Shown piece by piece: positions 44,901-53,034 of a DNA stretch of 60,467 nucleotides. Origin of the DNA: a virus. The notes beneath the pieces were generated by a model. That model had not been told where the DNA came from and searched no databases. It saw only the letters and a list, made by a program, of their open reading frames with translations. The DNA is taken from positions 1 through 60,467 of IMG/VR virus record IMGVR_UViG_3300045988_040927. One strand, written 5' to 3'. Within the stretch, counting starts at the first letter, position 1; every line of letters starts with the position of its first letter. Made by a program: the position numbers and the translations under genes.

Positions 44901-46081
44901 TTATAGCTATGAATTGCTTTGGCGAGTATACGAAAAACTTCAAGGATATTCTTGATGCTCGTATATTCATAAAACATGGTGACTTTAAAGCTGCTAGAGA
45001 AATGCTTGACGGTAAGCTCGCTCCGTATTTGGATGATGAGACTACGGCTAAGGATTTGGCTCAGGCACTTAAGATAGCTATTAATTCTGTCTATGGCCTT
45101 ACAGCAGCTAATTTCGATAATCCATTCAGAGATGTACGAAATAAAAACAATATTGTTGCTCTACGTGGAGCATTGTTCATGCGTACTCTTCAGGACGAGG
45201 TAGCATCTAGAGGATTCACTGTAGCTCATATTAAGACAGACTCCATTAAGATACCTAATGCTACACCTGAAATCATTGAATTCTGTATGGAGTTTGCTAA
45301 TAAATATGGCTATACATTTGAGCATGAGGCAACATATTCTCAGATGTGTCTGGTTAATGATGCAGTTTACATCGCTAAGTATAAGGATGGTAAACATGCT
45401 GGGGAATGGACAGCAACAGGTACACAGTTCCAGGTTCCATACGTATTCAAGACTCTATTCAGTAAAGAGCCAATTGAGTTTAAGGATATGTGTGAGACTA
45501 AATCTGTAACATCATCTTTATATTTGGATATGAACGAGAGATTACCAGATGTATCTGCTGAGGAAAAAGAATTGACTAAGCTTATGAAAGAGTATAAGAA
45601 CTCTGATACTTTACCAGATAAAGTTCATGAGCTTGAAGATGAAATCAGTAAAGGTCATAACTATATATTTGTAGGTAAGGTCGGTCAGTTCTGCCCTATT
45701 AAACCAAACTGCGGTGGTGGTTTACTTATGCGAGAAAAAGACGGTAAGTATTATGCTGCTACTGGTTCTAAAGGATATCGTTGGCTTGAATCTGAAATGG
45801 TTAAACAACTTGGTAAAGAAACTGATATTAACCGTTCATATTATGACAAGATGGTTGACGATGCTGTAGATACGATATCTCAATACGGCGACTTTGAATG
45901 GTTCGTTTCAGATAACGATCTTGAAGAAGTTCCATGGTTCGCTCCATGCGGACGTAAAACATGTTTCACCTGCCCTAATTTCATACGTTATGGAGATACA
46001 GGTAGTGTAACGTGTAAAGACGGTTATGATATTAATTCGCAATTTTTAGAAACAGCTGATGACGCTTTTCAGAAGCGCTAA
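41978..46081 (+). CDS. Replicase fusion: SF3 (D5-like) helicase + AEP prim-pol domain + family B DNA polymerase with 3'-5' exonuclease
   Basis: - Walker A VLYGAAGTGKST (nt ~42521) and an SF3 motif C-like FMGTN.
- AEP motifs VIDFDIP and SGAGIHLHY (nt ~43493-43620).
- PolB ExoI YDVEVFPN (44087), ExoII GFNCRRYDNHIL and ExoIII YCDNDVIATE.
- PolB motif A LDVASLHPHS (44873), motif B KIAINSVYG (45071) and motif C IKTDS (45239). Confidence 0.85.
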   Translation: MIDFLMISTRTKKSGVTEIYPKFIIKRSSDLMIRGGDFYAIWIEERGLWSTDENDALQLIDRELDNFAKENRQKLGDNCIILHMWDAETGMVDSWHKYCQKQMRDSFHMLDEKLIFSNDETDKKDYASKRLSYPLEQGSIEAYDKLISTLYTKEEREKIEWAIGAIVSGDSKKIQKFMVLYGAAGTGKSTILNIIQMLFEGYYSVFDAKALGSSSNAFALEAFKTNPLVAIQHDGDLSRIEDNTRLNSLVSHELMTVNEKFKSTYTNQFKAFLFMGTNKPVKITDAKSGLIRRLIDVSPSGNKVSPKEYKAIMKQIEFELGGIAYHCKEVYMSNRGRYDDYIPVTMLGASNDFYNFIIDSYHIFKRDDSTTLKAAWSMYNTYCEEAKVTYPYSQRIFKEELKNYFRDYKERFNLANGSRVRSYYSGFRTEKFEEDITKEPEETPELRTINFESIDSIFDKECSECPAQYATQNGTPLEKWDKVISKLSDLDTSKIHFVKVPENHIVIDFDIPDESGNKSFEKNLQAASKWPPTYAELSKSGAGIHLHYIYTGDVTKLSRVYDDHIEIKVFSGKSSLRRKLTLCNDLPIANISSGLPLKGEQNMVNFEAIKSEKSIRTLIKRNLNKEIHPGTKPSIDFINKILNDAYSSGMKYDVTDMRNAVLAFAANSTNQASYCIKLVNQMHFKSDEPSAGMSSEDEKMVFYDVEVFPNLFLVNWKVEGEGKPVVRMINPTPTEIEGLMRMKLVGFNCRRYDNHILYARLMGYTNEQLFDLSQKIVNGSRNAFFGEAYNASYTDVYDFAAKKQSLKKWEIELGIHHQELGLPWDQPVPEEMWTKVAEYCDNDVIATEAVFNHLKGDFIAREILANLAGMTVNDTTNSLTTRIIFGRERNPELVYTDLSETFPGYMFATWKEYYEQHPEYIPEDKDLYAERLKDGTTRNLYRGTDLGFGGYVYAEPGMYVLAALLDVASLHPHSVIAMNCFGEYTKNFKDILDARIFIKHGDFKAAREMLDGKLAPYLDDETTAKDLAQALKIAINSVYGLTAANFDNPFRDVRNKNNIVALRGALFMRTLQDEVASRGFTVAHIKTDSIKIPNATPEIIEFCMEFANKYGYTFEHEATYSQMCLVNDAVYIAKYKDGKHAGEWTATGTQFQVPYVFKTLFSKEPIEFKDMCETKSVTSSLYLDMNERLPDVSAEEKELTKLMKEYKNSDTLPDKVHELEDEISKGHNYIFVGKVGQFCPIKPNCGGGLLMREKDGKYYAATGSKGYRWLESEMVKQLGKETDINRSYYDKMVDDAVDTISQYGDFEWFVSDNDLEEVPWFAPCGRKTCFTCPNFIRYGDTGSVTCKDGYDINSQFLETADDAFQKR

Positions 46082-46123
46082 ACAAAACTATTAAAATTAT
46101 TTATTCAAAGGAGAAATTTTATT

Positions 46124-46585
46124 ATGAATATTACATTTGCACCAAAAGGAATCTTACAAATTGATGACGCTAGAATAGTTTATCGTAACTTTTCAGGCAT
46201 AGGCTCTAAATACAACAGAGAAGGCGACAGAAATTTTGCTGTTGTAATTGACAATCAGGAAGCAGCTGACGCACTTCTTGACGAGGGCTGGAACGTTAAA
46301 ATTAAGCCACCTCGTGATGAGGACGAAGATCCGTTCATGTATCTTCCAGTTAAGGTTAAGTTCAATGATCGTGGCCCTAATGTATATTTGAAATCAGGTG
46401 CAAGACAGGTAAGACTCGACGAGGAAAGTATCTCTTGTCTTGATGACATTGATATTATCGGTGTTGATCTTGATGTAAGACCTTATGACTGGGAAGTTAA
46501 TGGTAAGACTGGACGTACTGCATATTTGCAGTCGATTCGTGTTACTCAGGATCTTGATCGATTTGCTACTGAAGAAGAATATTAA
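46124..46585 (+). CDS. Putative ssDNA-binding protein (gp2.5-like logic)
   Basis: 153 aa directly after the replicase. It is beta-rich and has an acidic C-terminal tail ending in an aromatic residue (DLDRFATEEEY), as in T7 gp2.5-type SSBs. This is an inference. Confidence 0.4.
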   Translation: MNITFAPKGILQIDDARIVYRNFSGIGSKYNREGDRNFAVVIDNQEAADALLDEGWNVKIKPPRDEDEDPFMYLPVKVKFNDRGPNVYLKSGARQVRLDEESISCLDDIDIIGVDLDVRPYDWEVNGKTGRTAYLQSIRVTQDLDRFATEEEY

Positions 46586-46592
46586 TCGGCTA

Positions 46593-46623
46593 GGGCTCGT
46601 CTACGGACGGGCTCTTTATATTT
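46593..46623 (+). terminator. Intrinsic terminator (34-bp module, copy 1)
   Basis: GGGCTCGTC-tacg-GACGGGCTC followed by TTTATATTT. The string 46590..46623 is identical to 50397..50430. Confidence 0.65.
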
Positions 46624-46637
46624 GAAAGGAGCAAATT

Positions 46638-46901
46638 ATGATATACGGTTACAAGTACAATACTGGCTATATTAAACTTAAGCGTGTTCTTTCTGAAAGA
46701 GACATCAAGCAGTATCAAATTGCAGGTGATATTGGTTTGAGCATGCAAACATTTAATAAAAAGCTTAATCATAATAAGACACATTTCACAGAGATAGAAA
46801 AACTAAAGATTCGTGAAGTTCTTAATTATTGGGACGTAGATCTGTTCTGTTTTATGGGTACCGATGGAAAAATCAAATATCCAGGAGGAGACGAATTATG
46901 A
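46638..46901 (+). CDS. Small HTH-like DNA-binding protein
   Basis: LKRVLSERDIKQYQIAGDIGLSMQTFNKKLN resembles a short XRE/Cro-type HTH. Confidence 0.45.
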   Translation: MIYGYKYNTGYIKLKRVLSERDIKQYQIAGDIGLSMQTFNKKLNHNKTHFTEIEKLKIREVLNYWDVDLFCFMGTDGKIKYPGGDEL

Positions 46902-47077
46902 AACTCTTAATTGGACTGATAGGAGCTATAGTCTCGTGGGGCATTTGCATGGCAGTATTTAAGATTGTAGCATTATGTTGTGATCTAAACTTTAATTTAC
47001 TAGTAGCCTCTGGACTATGGTTACTACTTGGATATTTGAAATGGTTCTTTATATGGGATCGAAAGGAAAGTGATTAG
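46898..47077 (+). CDS. Small two-TM membrane protein (59 aa)
   Basis: ATG 46898 follows AGGAGGAG and overlaps the upstream stop. The ORF-track start at 46829 is unsupported. Confidence 0.5.
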   Translation: MKLLIGLIGAIVSWGICMAVFKIVALCCDLNFNLLVASGLWLLLGYLKWFFIWDRKESD

Positions 47078-47078
47078 G

Positions 47079-47231
47079 ATGGAAGATAAATACTTAGAAG
47101 TAGATTTTGAGAAGTATTGTCCTACATGCAAATACTATAAATTGAATGATGTATTTGATCCGTGTAATGACTGCTTACAAAATGGCATGAATCTACATTC
47201 ACATAAACCAACAGAGTATAAAGAAAAGTAA
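47079..47231 (+). CDS. Small zinc-ribbon protein (50 aa)
   Basis: Contains CPTC...CNDC. The start lies 2 nt after the upstream stop. Not in the ORF track. Confidence 0.45.
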   Translation: MEDKYLEVDFEKYCPTCKYYKLNDVFDPCNDCLQNGMNLHSHKPTEYKEK

Positions 47232-47255
47232 TTGATATTTGAAAAGGAGATTATT

Positions 47256-47483
47256 ATGGGTATCAAACAAGAACTTATTAACATAATTAACGAGCATGAT
47301 GCTGAGGGCAAAGACTGCACATTAAGCGTAGAACAAATCGAGGCTATTGTATCAATGATCGATGACAGCGCTGCTAAAGATAATATGATTGAAGATCTTA
47401 AAATTAGATTGAAGTCTAAAGACGATCTTATTTCTAAGCTTTATGGTGGTATCATTAACAACTTCCTCAAAGAGAATTTATAG
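47256..47483 (+). CDS. Hypothetical protein
   Basis: ATG 47256 follows AAAGGAG (75 aa). Confidence 0.5.
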   Translation: MGIKQELINIINEHDAEGKDCTLSVEQIEAIVSMIDDSAAKDNMIEDLKIRLKSKDDLISKLYGGIINNFLKENL

Positions 47484-47492
47484 GAGGTCGCC

Positions 47493-47714
47493 ATGTCTGA
47501 ACAATTAGTATTTGAAGATGTGCTTAATTCAGAGCCAAAAAGCGACGGTTGGGCTGAAGCTTCAAAACTTAAAAAAGAAAATCGTCAGTTAAAAAATCAA
47601 CTGGAAGACGTTGATAGTCTTATAGACGAGATTACTCATGCTCTCGATTTAGGTCCAGATAACGATTGGGCTAGACGCGCTATTGAACGTTATAACAATA
47701 AGTATCATGAGTGA
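47493..47714 (+). CDS. Hypothetical coiled-coil protein
   Basis: 73 aa with an AGGAGG SD. Confidence 0.5.
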   Translation: MSEQLVFEDVLNSEPKSDGWAEASKLKKENRQLKNQLEDVDSLIDEITHALDLGPDNDWARRAIERYNNKYHE

Positions 47715-48927
47715 TAAGCAACAATTTCTATATGACCATCAGAGAAAGGCGATCGATAGGATGTTTAACGGCTGTATATTAAACGGTGGTGTTGGTAGTG
47801 GTAAATCCAGAACCGGTTTATTCTATTATTTCAAAGAGCAGGGCGGCTGGATTGAATACGACAAATACACTCCTATGAAGCATCCTAAAGATTTGTATAT
47901 CATCACAACTGCAATGAAAAGGGATACTTTGGAATGGGATGGAGAATTAGCTAATTTCCTTCTCTCAAAAAATCCCGAAGTGAACTTTTACAAAAACAAA
48001 GTGACTATTGACAGTTGGAATAATATTAAAAAATATGTTGAAATTACGGACGCTTTCTTTATATTTGATGAGGATCGTGTATGTGGATCTGGTGCCTGGG
48101 TTAAAGCTTTCTATAAAATTGCTAAGAACAATAATTGGATTATATTATCAGCAACTGCTGGAGATACATGGATTGACTATATTCCTGTATTTGTAGCTAA
48201 CGGTTTCTATAAAAACAAAACAGAATTTATGAGAGAGCATGTGCAGTTTGCTAGATATGCCAAATTTCCAAAGATCGAAAGATACTACAACACTAAGCGC
48301 TTGATTCGTTTACGTGACAAGATTCTTATTGATATGGATTTCCATCGTAACACTACTCCGCATCATGAAGATGTATTTGTTAGCTATGATATTTCAATGT
48401 ATAGGGATGCTATGAGAAATAGGTGGGATCCATTTAAAAATGAGCCTATTCAACAAGCATCCGGACTTTGCTATGTCCTTCGTAAGATAGTTAACTCTGC
48501 TGATTCTAGACAGATAGCTATATTAGAGTTAGCAGAGAGTCATCCTAGAATGATTATATTCTATAACTTTGACTACGAGCTTGACATTCTTAAGAGCATC
48601 TATTATGGAGACGATGTTGAGATCACTGAATGGAATGGTCACAAGCATCAGCCAATACCAGAGTCAAAGCGATGGATATATCTTGTGCAGTACACTGCTG
48701 GATGCGAAGGATGGAACTCTATTAAAACAGACACAATCGTCTTCTTTTCACAAAATTATTCTTATAAAGTAATGACTCAAGCTGCTGGCCGAATCGATAG
48801 ATTGAATACTCCTTATACAGATTTGTATTACTATCATTTAAAGAGTAGATCAGGCATTGATTTGGCTATTAGTCGTGCCTTGAAAGAGAAGAAGAAATTC
48901 AATGAAAGTAGATGGGTTAAATGGTAA
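47707..48927 (+). CDS. SF2 (DEAD/SNF2-like) helicase
   Basis: Motif I GGVGSGKS, motif II IFDED, motif III SAT and motif VI QAAGRIDR. ATG 47707 overlaps the upstream stop. Confidence 0.75.
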   Translation: MSDKQQFLYDHQRKAIDRMFNGCILNGGVGSGKSRTGLFYYFKEQGGWIEYDKYTPMKHPKDLYIITTAMKRDTLEWDGELANFLLSKNPEVNFYKNKVTIDSWNNIKKYVEITDAFFIFDEDRVCGSGAWVKAFYKIAKNNNWIILSATAGDTWIDYIPVFVANGFYKNKTEFMREHVQFARYAKFPKIERYYNTKRLIRLRDKILIDMDFHRNTTPHHEDVFVSYDISMYRDAMRNRWDPFKNEPIQQASGLCYVLRKIVNSADSRQIAILELAESHPRMIIFYNFDYELDILKSIYYGDDVEITEWNGHKHQPIPESKRWIYLVQYTAGCEGWNSIKTDTIVFFSQNYSYKVMTQAAGRIDRLNTPYTDLYYYHLKSRSGIDLAISRALKEKKKFNESRWVKW

Positions 48928-48930
48928 CCA

Positions 48931-48957
48931 CGCACTAATTACAACTCCTATTATGGA
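48931..48957 (+). promoter_or_regulatory. 27-bp conserved motif, copy 13
   Basis: CGCACTAATTACAACTCCTATTATGGA. A strong hairpin plus T-run follows it before ATG 49054. Confidence 0.55.
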
Positions 48958-48966
48958 AAGGCTGGA

Positions 48967-49010
48967 GGGTCTTGGCTAGAAATAGCTGAGACTCTTTTGC
49001 TTTTATATTT
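48967..49010 (+). terminator. Strong hairpin plus T-run located between motif copy 13 and gene 49054
   Basis: A 12-bp stem GGGTCTTGGCTA-gaaa-TAGCTGAGACTC with a GNRA-like loop, followed by TTTTGCTTTTATATTTT. Confidence 0.65.
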
Positions 49011-49053
49011 TGTCACTAAGCCACTGGATAAACTATCTTAGGAGTGATTTATC

Positions 49054-49419
49054 ATGGAAAGAACCATGAAATTGTACGGAAACAAAGTTTACGGTGAAGA
49101 GGTGTCTAAGTATGGATTAGAGAATGGATATTTGGATTATCTAACTCTATCTAAAATCATTGGACCTTGTATCATGAACAATTATCTTCGTGCAGAGACT
49201 ATGGAAGATTGGGAAATTGTGGCTGGTGATTTAGATCATGATATTTATCAGGATTACATTATCTCAGAGTATGGATATGAGTTCTTAGTAGAGTTTACAG
49301 ATGAGCTAGTATTCTATAACGATAAACTAAATATTTATATTTGGGGTGTTTCTCATTTTGGAACTAGCTGGGATTATGTACTGACTAATATCAGATTAGA
49401 AGGAGTTGACCAAGATTGA
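49054..49419 (+). CDS. Hypothetical protein
   Basis: 121 aa with an AGGAGTG SD. A motif copy plus a strong hairpin precede it. Confidence 0.55.
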   Translation: MERTMKLYGNKVYGEEVSKYGLENGYLDYLTLSKIIGPCIMNNYLRAETMEDWEIVAGDLDHDIYQDYIISEYGYEFLVEFTDELVFYNDKLNIYIWGVSHFGTSWDYVLTNIRLEGVDQD

Positions 49420-49607
49420 GATACGTTGACTATGTTTATGAGATTATTATCGATAAATGCAGTGACTTAGATTCAATCTATGAAGATCATATTGAGTTTC
49501 TCGTTGGATCAACGGGTTTGCTCGAATTGATCAAACATGGATGTTTAGAGAGCTGTGGTGTAGTTAATGGACGTAGGCTCTATGTTTTAGTCGACAGAGA
49601 TTATTAG
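49416..49607 (+). CDS. Hypothetical protein
   Basis: 63 aa with a TTG start overlapping the upstream stop. Confidence 0.4.
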   Translation: MRYVDYVYEIIIDKCSDLDSIYEDHIEFLVGSTGLLELIKHGCLESCGVVNGRRLYVLVDRDY

Positions 49608-49622
49608 AAAGGGGAAAGACTT

Positions 49623-49730
49623 ATGAAAAAACGGAGCATGTTGGGATTGATATTTGACTTTGTCATGGTGTTCTTGACTGGCGGTCTATGGCTTATATGG
49701 ATATTGATCCGATATTTACGACAAAGCTAA
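49623..49730 (+). CDS. Very small membrane protein (35 aa)
   Basis: GGGGAAAG SD. TM helix LIFDFVMVFLTGGLWLIWILI. Not in the ORF track. Confidence 0.4.
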   Translation: MKKRSMLGLIFDFVMVFLTGGLWLIWILIRYLRQS

Positions 49731-49754
49731 AAACCTACAAGGGGCTGGAAACTA

Positions 49755-50384
49755 ATGAAAAATACGAAAGTATTAGAAATGCTGAACAACGGACGGATTG
49801 ATGAATTAAAAGAAGCATTGAAAGATGAGGTGTATACTGACTCTTTAAAAGCTAATCCTAGTCAAAAGAAACGTTATGCAGCTATGAAAAGATATTTGAA
49901 AACTATCAGTGATTCAAGGCCCATTCTCACAAAACCTTGTGAAGTAGAATTCGAGGGTGAGAAGTATAACTCCTTTACTAATGCATATTCTCTAGTATTA
50001 ACTAAAGAATCTTGCGGAGAACTTGAGATGTGTAATGAGCCAGAAAGATATCCCGATGTCACTAGATTAATTATTCGCAGTGGAGATATCGGTACAATCA
50101 ATTTTAATAAAGTTCTAGCAGAAGCAAAAAGTAAAGGCTATAAGTATACTAAAAATGCGATTTTCAATAACAACTATCTTATGAGATATAACGACTCATA
50201 TTTTAGAATTGCCTTAGTTGATATTACTTACGGCGTGATCGACGAGGGTAAGGAAATCGAAGTATATTTCAACGGTAAAAATAGACCGATGGTTATCCAA
50301 AATGATTTGGGTATCGGAATGCTTTTACCTATTCGTGCTGATGGAGATTATGTGGATGCAGACTCTGTCATTATCGAAGTATAA
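49755..50384 (+). CDS. Hypothetical protein
   Basis: 209 aa. A repeated terminator follows it. Confidence 0.55.
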   Translation: MKNTKVLEMLNNGRIDELKEALKDEVYTDSLKANPSQKKRYAAMKRYLKTISDSRPILTKPCEVEFEGEKYNSFTNAYSLVLTKESCGELEMCNEPERYPDVTRLIIRSGDIGTINFNKVLAEAKSKGYKYTKNAIFNNNYLMRYNDSYFRIALVDITYGVIDEGKEIEVYFNGKNRPMVIQNDLGIGMLLPIRADGDYVDADSVIIEV

Positions 50385-50399
50385 ATTTAAGTCAATCTA

Positions 50400-50433
50400 G
50401 GGCTCGTCTACGGACGGGCTCTTTATATTTTTT
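50400..50433 (+). terminator. Intrinsic terminator (34-bp module, copy 2)
   Basis: The same hairpin as at 46593, followed by TTTATATTTTTTT. Confidence 0.65.
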
Positions 50434-50458
50434 TAAAAACTGAAAGGAAATACATATT

Positions 50459-50716
50459 ATGATTAAGATTGGACAAAAAGTAAAATTCGATCCATTGAGA
50501 GATATCAGCATAATGGGAGTACTTGACAGACGTACAGCTAAATTTGACCAGGTTGTAGGGACTATTACATATATTAATGCCCCTCATCGCTGGTTTTCTG
50601 TTGAGTATGGCGACAAAAAAAAGGGTTATCATCTTCGTACCAGCTTTAAATTCGACGATTATGGAACTAAAGTTACAGAAGTTCGTGAAAGGGGTATGCA
50701 GACATGCTGTTCTTAA
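50459..50716 (+). CDS. Hypothetical protein
   Basis: 85 aa with a GAAAGGAAA SD. Confidence 0.5.
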   Translation: MIKIGQKVKFDPLRDISIMGVLDRRTAKFDQVVGTITYINAPHRWFSVEYGDKKKGYHLRTSFKFDDYGTKVTEVRERGMQTCCS

Positions 50717-50874
50717 AATTATTTATCGCTGCACTTATATTTATAGCCATCATTATCGGCGCTATTATCGTTACATATAATGCATATCTCTCGATCATTA
50801 AAAACGATTATGTAAGACCACTAGATTATTCGGATTTTGATGATCCAGATATACATGAGGATGAATGGCTATGA
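50704..50874 (+). CDS. Small membrane protein (56 aa)
   Basis: TM helix LFLKLFIAALIFIAIIIGAIIV and an acidic tail. It overlaps both neighbours. Not in the ORF track. Confidence 0.45.
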   Translation: MLFLKLFIAALIFIAIIIGAIIVTYNAYLSIIKNDYVRPLDYSDFDDPDIHEDEWL

Positions 50875-51050
50875 ATTGTCCTAAGTGTAACGGAAAAATA
50901 ATAGTTTCTGATATTGTACATAACGACGATACTCAAGAAACATATAGAAAAAAGAAATGTATCGATTGTGGGCATGTATTTTATACAGTCGAGTTTGTAA
51001 CTGAAGAAACGAGACAGTTCAGACGAGATTGGATATACCATCATCGATAA
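50865..51050 (+). CDS. Zinc-ribbon protein (NrdR-N-like CxxC...CxxC)
   Basis: CPKCNGKII...KKCIDCGHVFYTVE. Confidence 0.5.
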   Translation: MAMNCPKCNGKIIVSDIVHNDDTQETYRKKKCIDCGHVFYTVEFVTEETRQFRRDWIYHHR

Positions 51051-51059
51051 GGGGTACAT

Positions 51060-51302
51060 ATGAAAAAATATTTTAGTAACCAGGACAATAACCCTCTTCG
51101 TAATCCTTCTGGCTATATTGATCATACGGCTCACGATGCAATTGCGCATGTAGACGCTGAAAGAGAACGTAAGAAGCGAGAAAGGAACCATGCACATCAC
51201 AAAGTAATAGAAACTATATTTACTATATGCGAATTGGCAGGGTTTGAAGTTGAGGGTCGTATTGTCCTGAAGGATAAAAAGACAGGTAAAGTTTATCGGT
51301 AA
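51060..51302 (+). CDS. Hypothetical protein
   Basis: 80 aa with a GGGG SD. Confidence 0.5.
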   Translation: MKKYFSNQDNNPLRNPSGYIDHTAHDAIAHVDAERERKKRERNHAHHKVIETIFTICELAGFEVEGRIVLKDKKTGKVYR

Positions 51303-51331
51303 ATATACTGATATTTTGAAAGGAGCAAATT

Positions 51332-51709
51332 ATGGCATTAGCTAAAAAATGTGATCGATGCGGTAAATTGTATGAGCACTATTATGACTTTAATTCATGC
51401 ATGGTAATTGTTGCTGATAAATATGGACACATTGGTGCTACATCAAAAAAGAATGACCTATGTCCTGATTGCATGCAGGCACTTACTGATTTTATGGAAG
51501 CGCCGCAGAGAGAAATAAATGATTCAAAAGAATCTTTAACACCCGACATAGGCATTGCTGGTATGATTACAACCACACTTGTTACTGGAACAATTGGTCA
51601 GGTTCTTGATGAATGTACACTTGACGGACATGCGAGAAAATTGTTAGACGAGCTTTATCAAACGGCATTGAATGACATGCAGGAGGCAAATTATGAAAAA
51701 ACGAATTAA
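51332..51709 (+). CDS. Zinc-ribbon protein
   Basis: Contains CDRCGKLY...CPDC. AAAGGAG SD. Confidence 0.5.
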   Translation: MALAKKCDRCGKLYEHYYDFNSCMVIVADKYGHIGATSKKNDLCPDCMQALTDFMEAPQREINDSKESLTPDIGIAGMITTTLVTGTIGQVLDECTLDGHARKLLDELYQTALNDMQEANYEKTN

Positions 51710-51938
51710 AAATTTGATCAACCGTTATTTTAATAAATTGCCAACGCCGGCAGCTAGATGCTGGTGTATAGGTAGTGATATTTGTGTTATTGACACATAT
51801 AGACTTTCTGCTTCTGGTTATCCTTATGAGACATTTTACGATAAGGATACTGGTATATGTTATATTGCTATCGGTAATGGAGTAACACCACTATACAATA
51901 AAGACGGAACCTTGAAGATTCATAAGGAGAGTAAATAA
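51693..51938 (+). CDS. Hypothetical protein
   Basis: ATG 51693 follows AGGAGG (81 aa). Confidence 0.5.
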   Translation: MKKRIKNLINRYFNKLPTPAARCWCIGSDICVIDTYRLSASGYPYETFYDKDTGICYIAIGNGVTPLYNKDGTLKIHKESK

Positions 51939-51940
51939 CT

Positions 51941-52642
51941 ATGGATATGTTAGATTGGGCTAAAAACGAAGTAAAAATTGCATGTGAAAAAGAACATCCG
52001 GGTCTTAAAAAAGGAGAATGGGATTACGGTTGTGCTTGTTATCAGAGTGCATTAAAAGCTTATAAAAGTTTGGACGAAGACGGTCATTCAGGATTTAGTT
52101 GGGCTATGACTGGATATATTTTAAAGAGGCTTATGGATAATAAACCTTTAACACCTATCGAAGATACTGATGACATTTGGAAGGATATGTATAAACAGCG
52201 ATATGCTAATCATACTGTGATGCAATGCCTTAGAATGCCATCATTATTTAAGTATATTTATGATGATGGTAGAATCGAATATTACGATAACGATCAATTC
52301 ATTGGCATTGATATTCATAGTGGCATTTCATACTCATTAGGCCTTATTAGAGATGTTATGCAAAAAGAATTTCCTATAACTTTTCCTTATATGCCAGGAA
52401 ATACCATTAAAGTATATTGTGAGGATTTTCTTGCAGAACCTGGGAACGGTGACTTTGATACTGTTGGAATTATGTATTATCAAACAGATGATGGTATAAA
52501 AGATGTCAAAAGATATTTTAAAGGCCTTTCTAATAATACACGGCACCTTTCTGATAATGGTTGGAGAGAAATCAGTTTTAGCGAATATATGAATAGAAAG
52601 GAAATGGCTGATAAGTTAAAGGAGAGTAAGGATGAACAATAA
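51941..52642 (+). CDS. Hypothetical protein
   Basis: 233 aa with an AAGGAGAG SD. Confidence 0.55.
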   Translation: MDMLDWAKNEVKIACEKEHPGLKKGEWDYGCACYQSALKAYKSLDEDGHSGFSWAMTGYILKRLMDNKPLTPIEDTDDIWKDMYKQRYANHTVMQCLRMPSLFKYIYDDGRIEYYDNDQFIGIDIHSGISYSLGLIRDVMQKEFPITFPYMPGNTIKVYCEDFLAEPGNGDFDTVGIMYYQTDDGIKDVKRYFKGLSNNTRHLSDNGWREISFSEYMNRKEMADKLKESKDEQ

Positions 52643-52877
52643 ACAATATTATGAAGCATATGCAAAAGAAGTATTTGATTTATATAAGAGTTTTAGACTT
52701 GCAGGATTTGATTACGATGATGCTTTTGAATTAACAAAAATATGCATTGCAAATCAAACTACTGACAACAGTTTTTATGCAGAACTTGATCGCAAACGTC
52801 GTAGTGACCGTTTAAAAGCTTCTTTAAATAATTTAAAAAGTTGTGAAGAAAAGGAGAAAAATCATGCTAGATTTTAA
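52632..52877 (+). CDS. Hypothetical protein
   Basis: 81 aa with an AGGAGAG SD, overlapping the upstream gene end. Confidence 0.5.
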   Translation: MNNKQYYEAYAKEVFDLYKSFRLAGFDYDDAFELTKICIANQTTDNSFYAELDRKRRSDRLKASLNNLKSCEEKEKNHARF

Positions 52878-53034
52878 AGTATATTATGATGATGGAGACT
52901 ATTGTGGTATTTCTAAGGTTTATGCTATTGATACTACAAGATATCGTTTTCTTGTATGCAGCTCATACGATGGTAGATTTCTATGGGTTGACATAAAAGA
53001 CTGCATACTTGAAAAGGAGAACAAAGATGATTAA
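52864..53034 (+). CDS. Hypothetical protein (56 aa)
   Basis: ATG 52864 follows AAAGGAG. Confidence 0.45.
   Translation: MLDFKVYYDDGDYCGISKVYAIDTTRYRFLVCSSYDGRFLWVDIKDCILEKENKDD

Noticed and set aside
49755-50384. A sliding-clamp-like protein, because the C-terminus (...PMVIQNDLGIGMLLPIR) recalls beta-clamp C-termini.
   Set aside because: The similarity is a single short segment, and 209 aa is too small for a three-domain clamp protomer. The evidence is insufficient.
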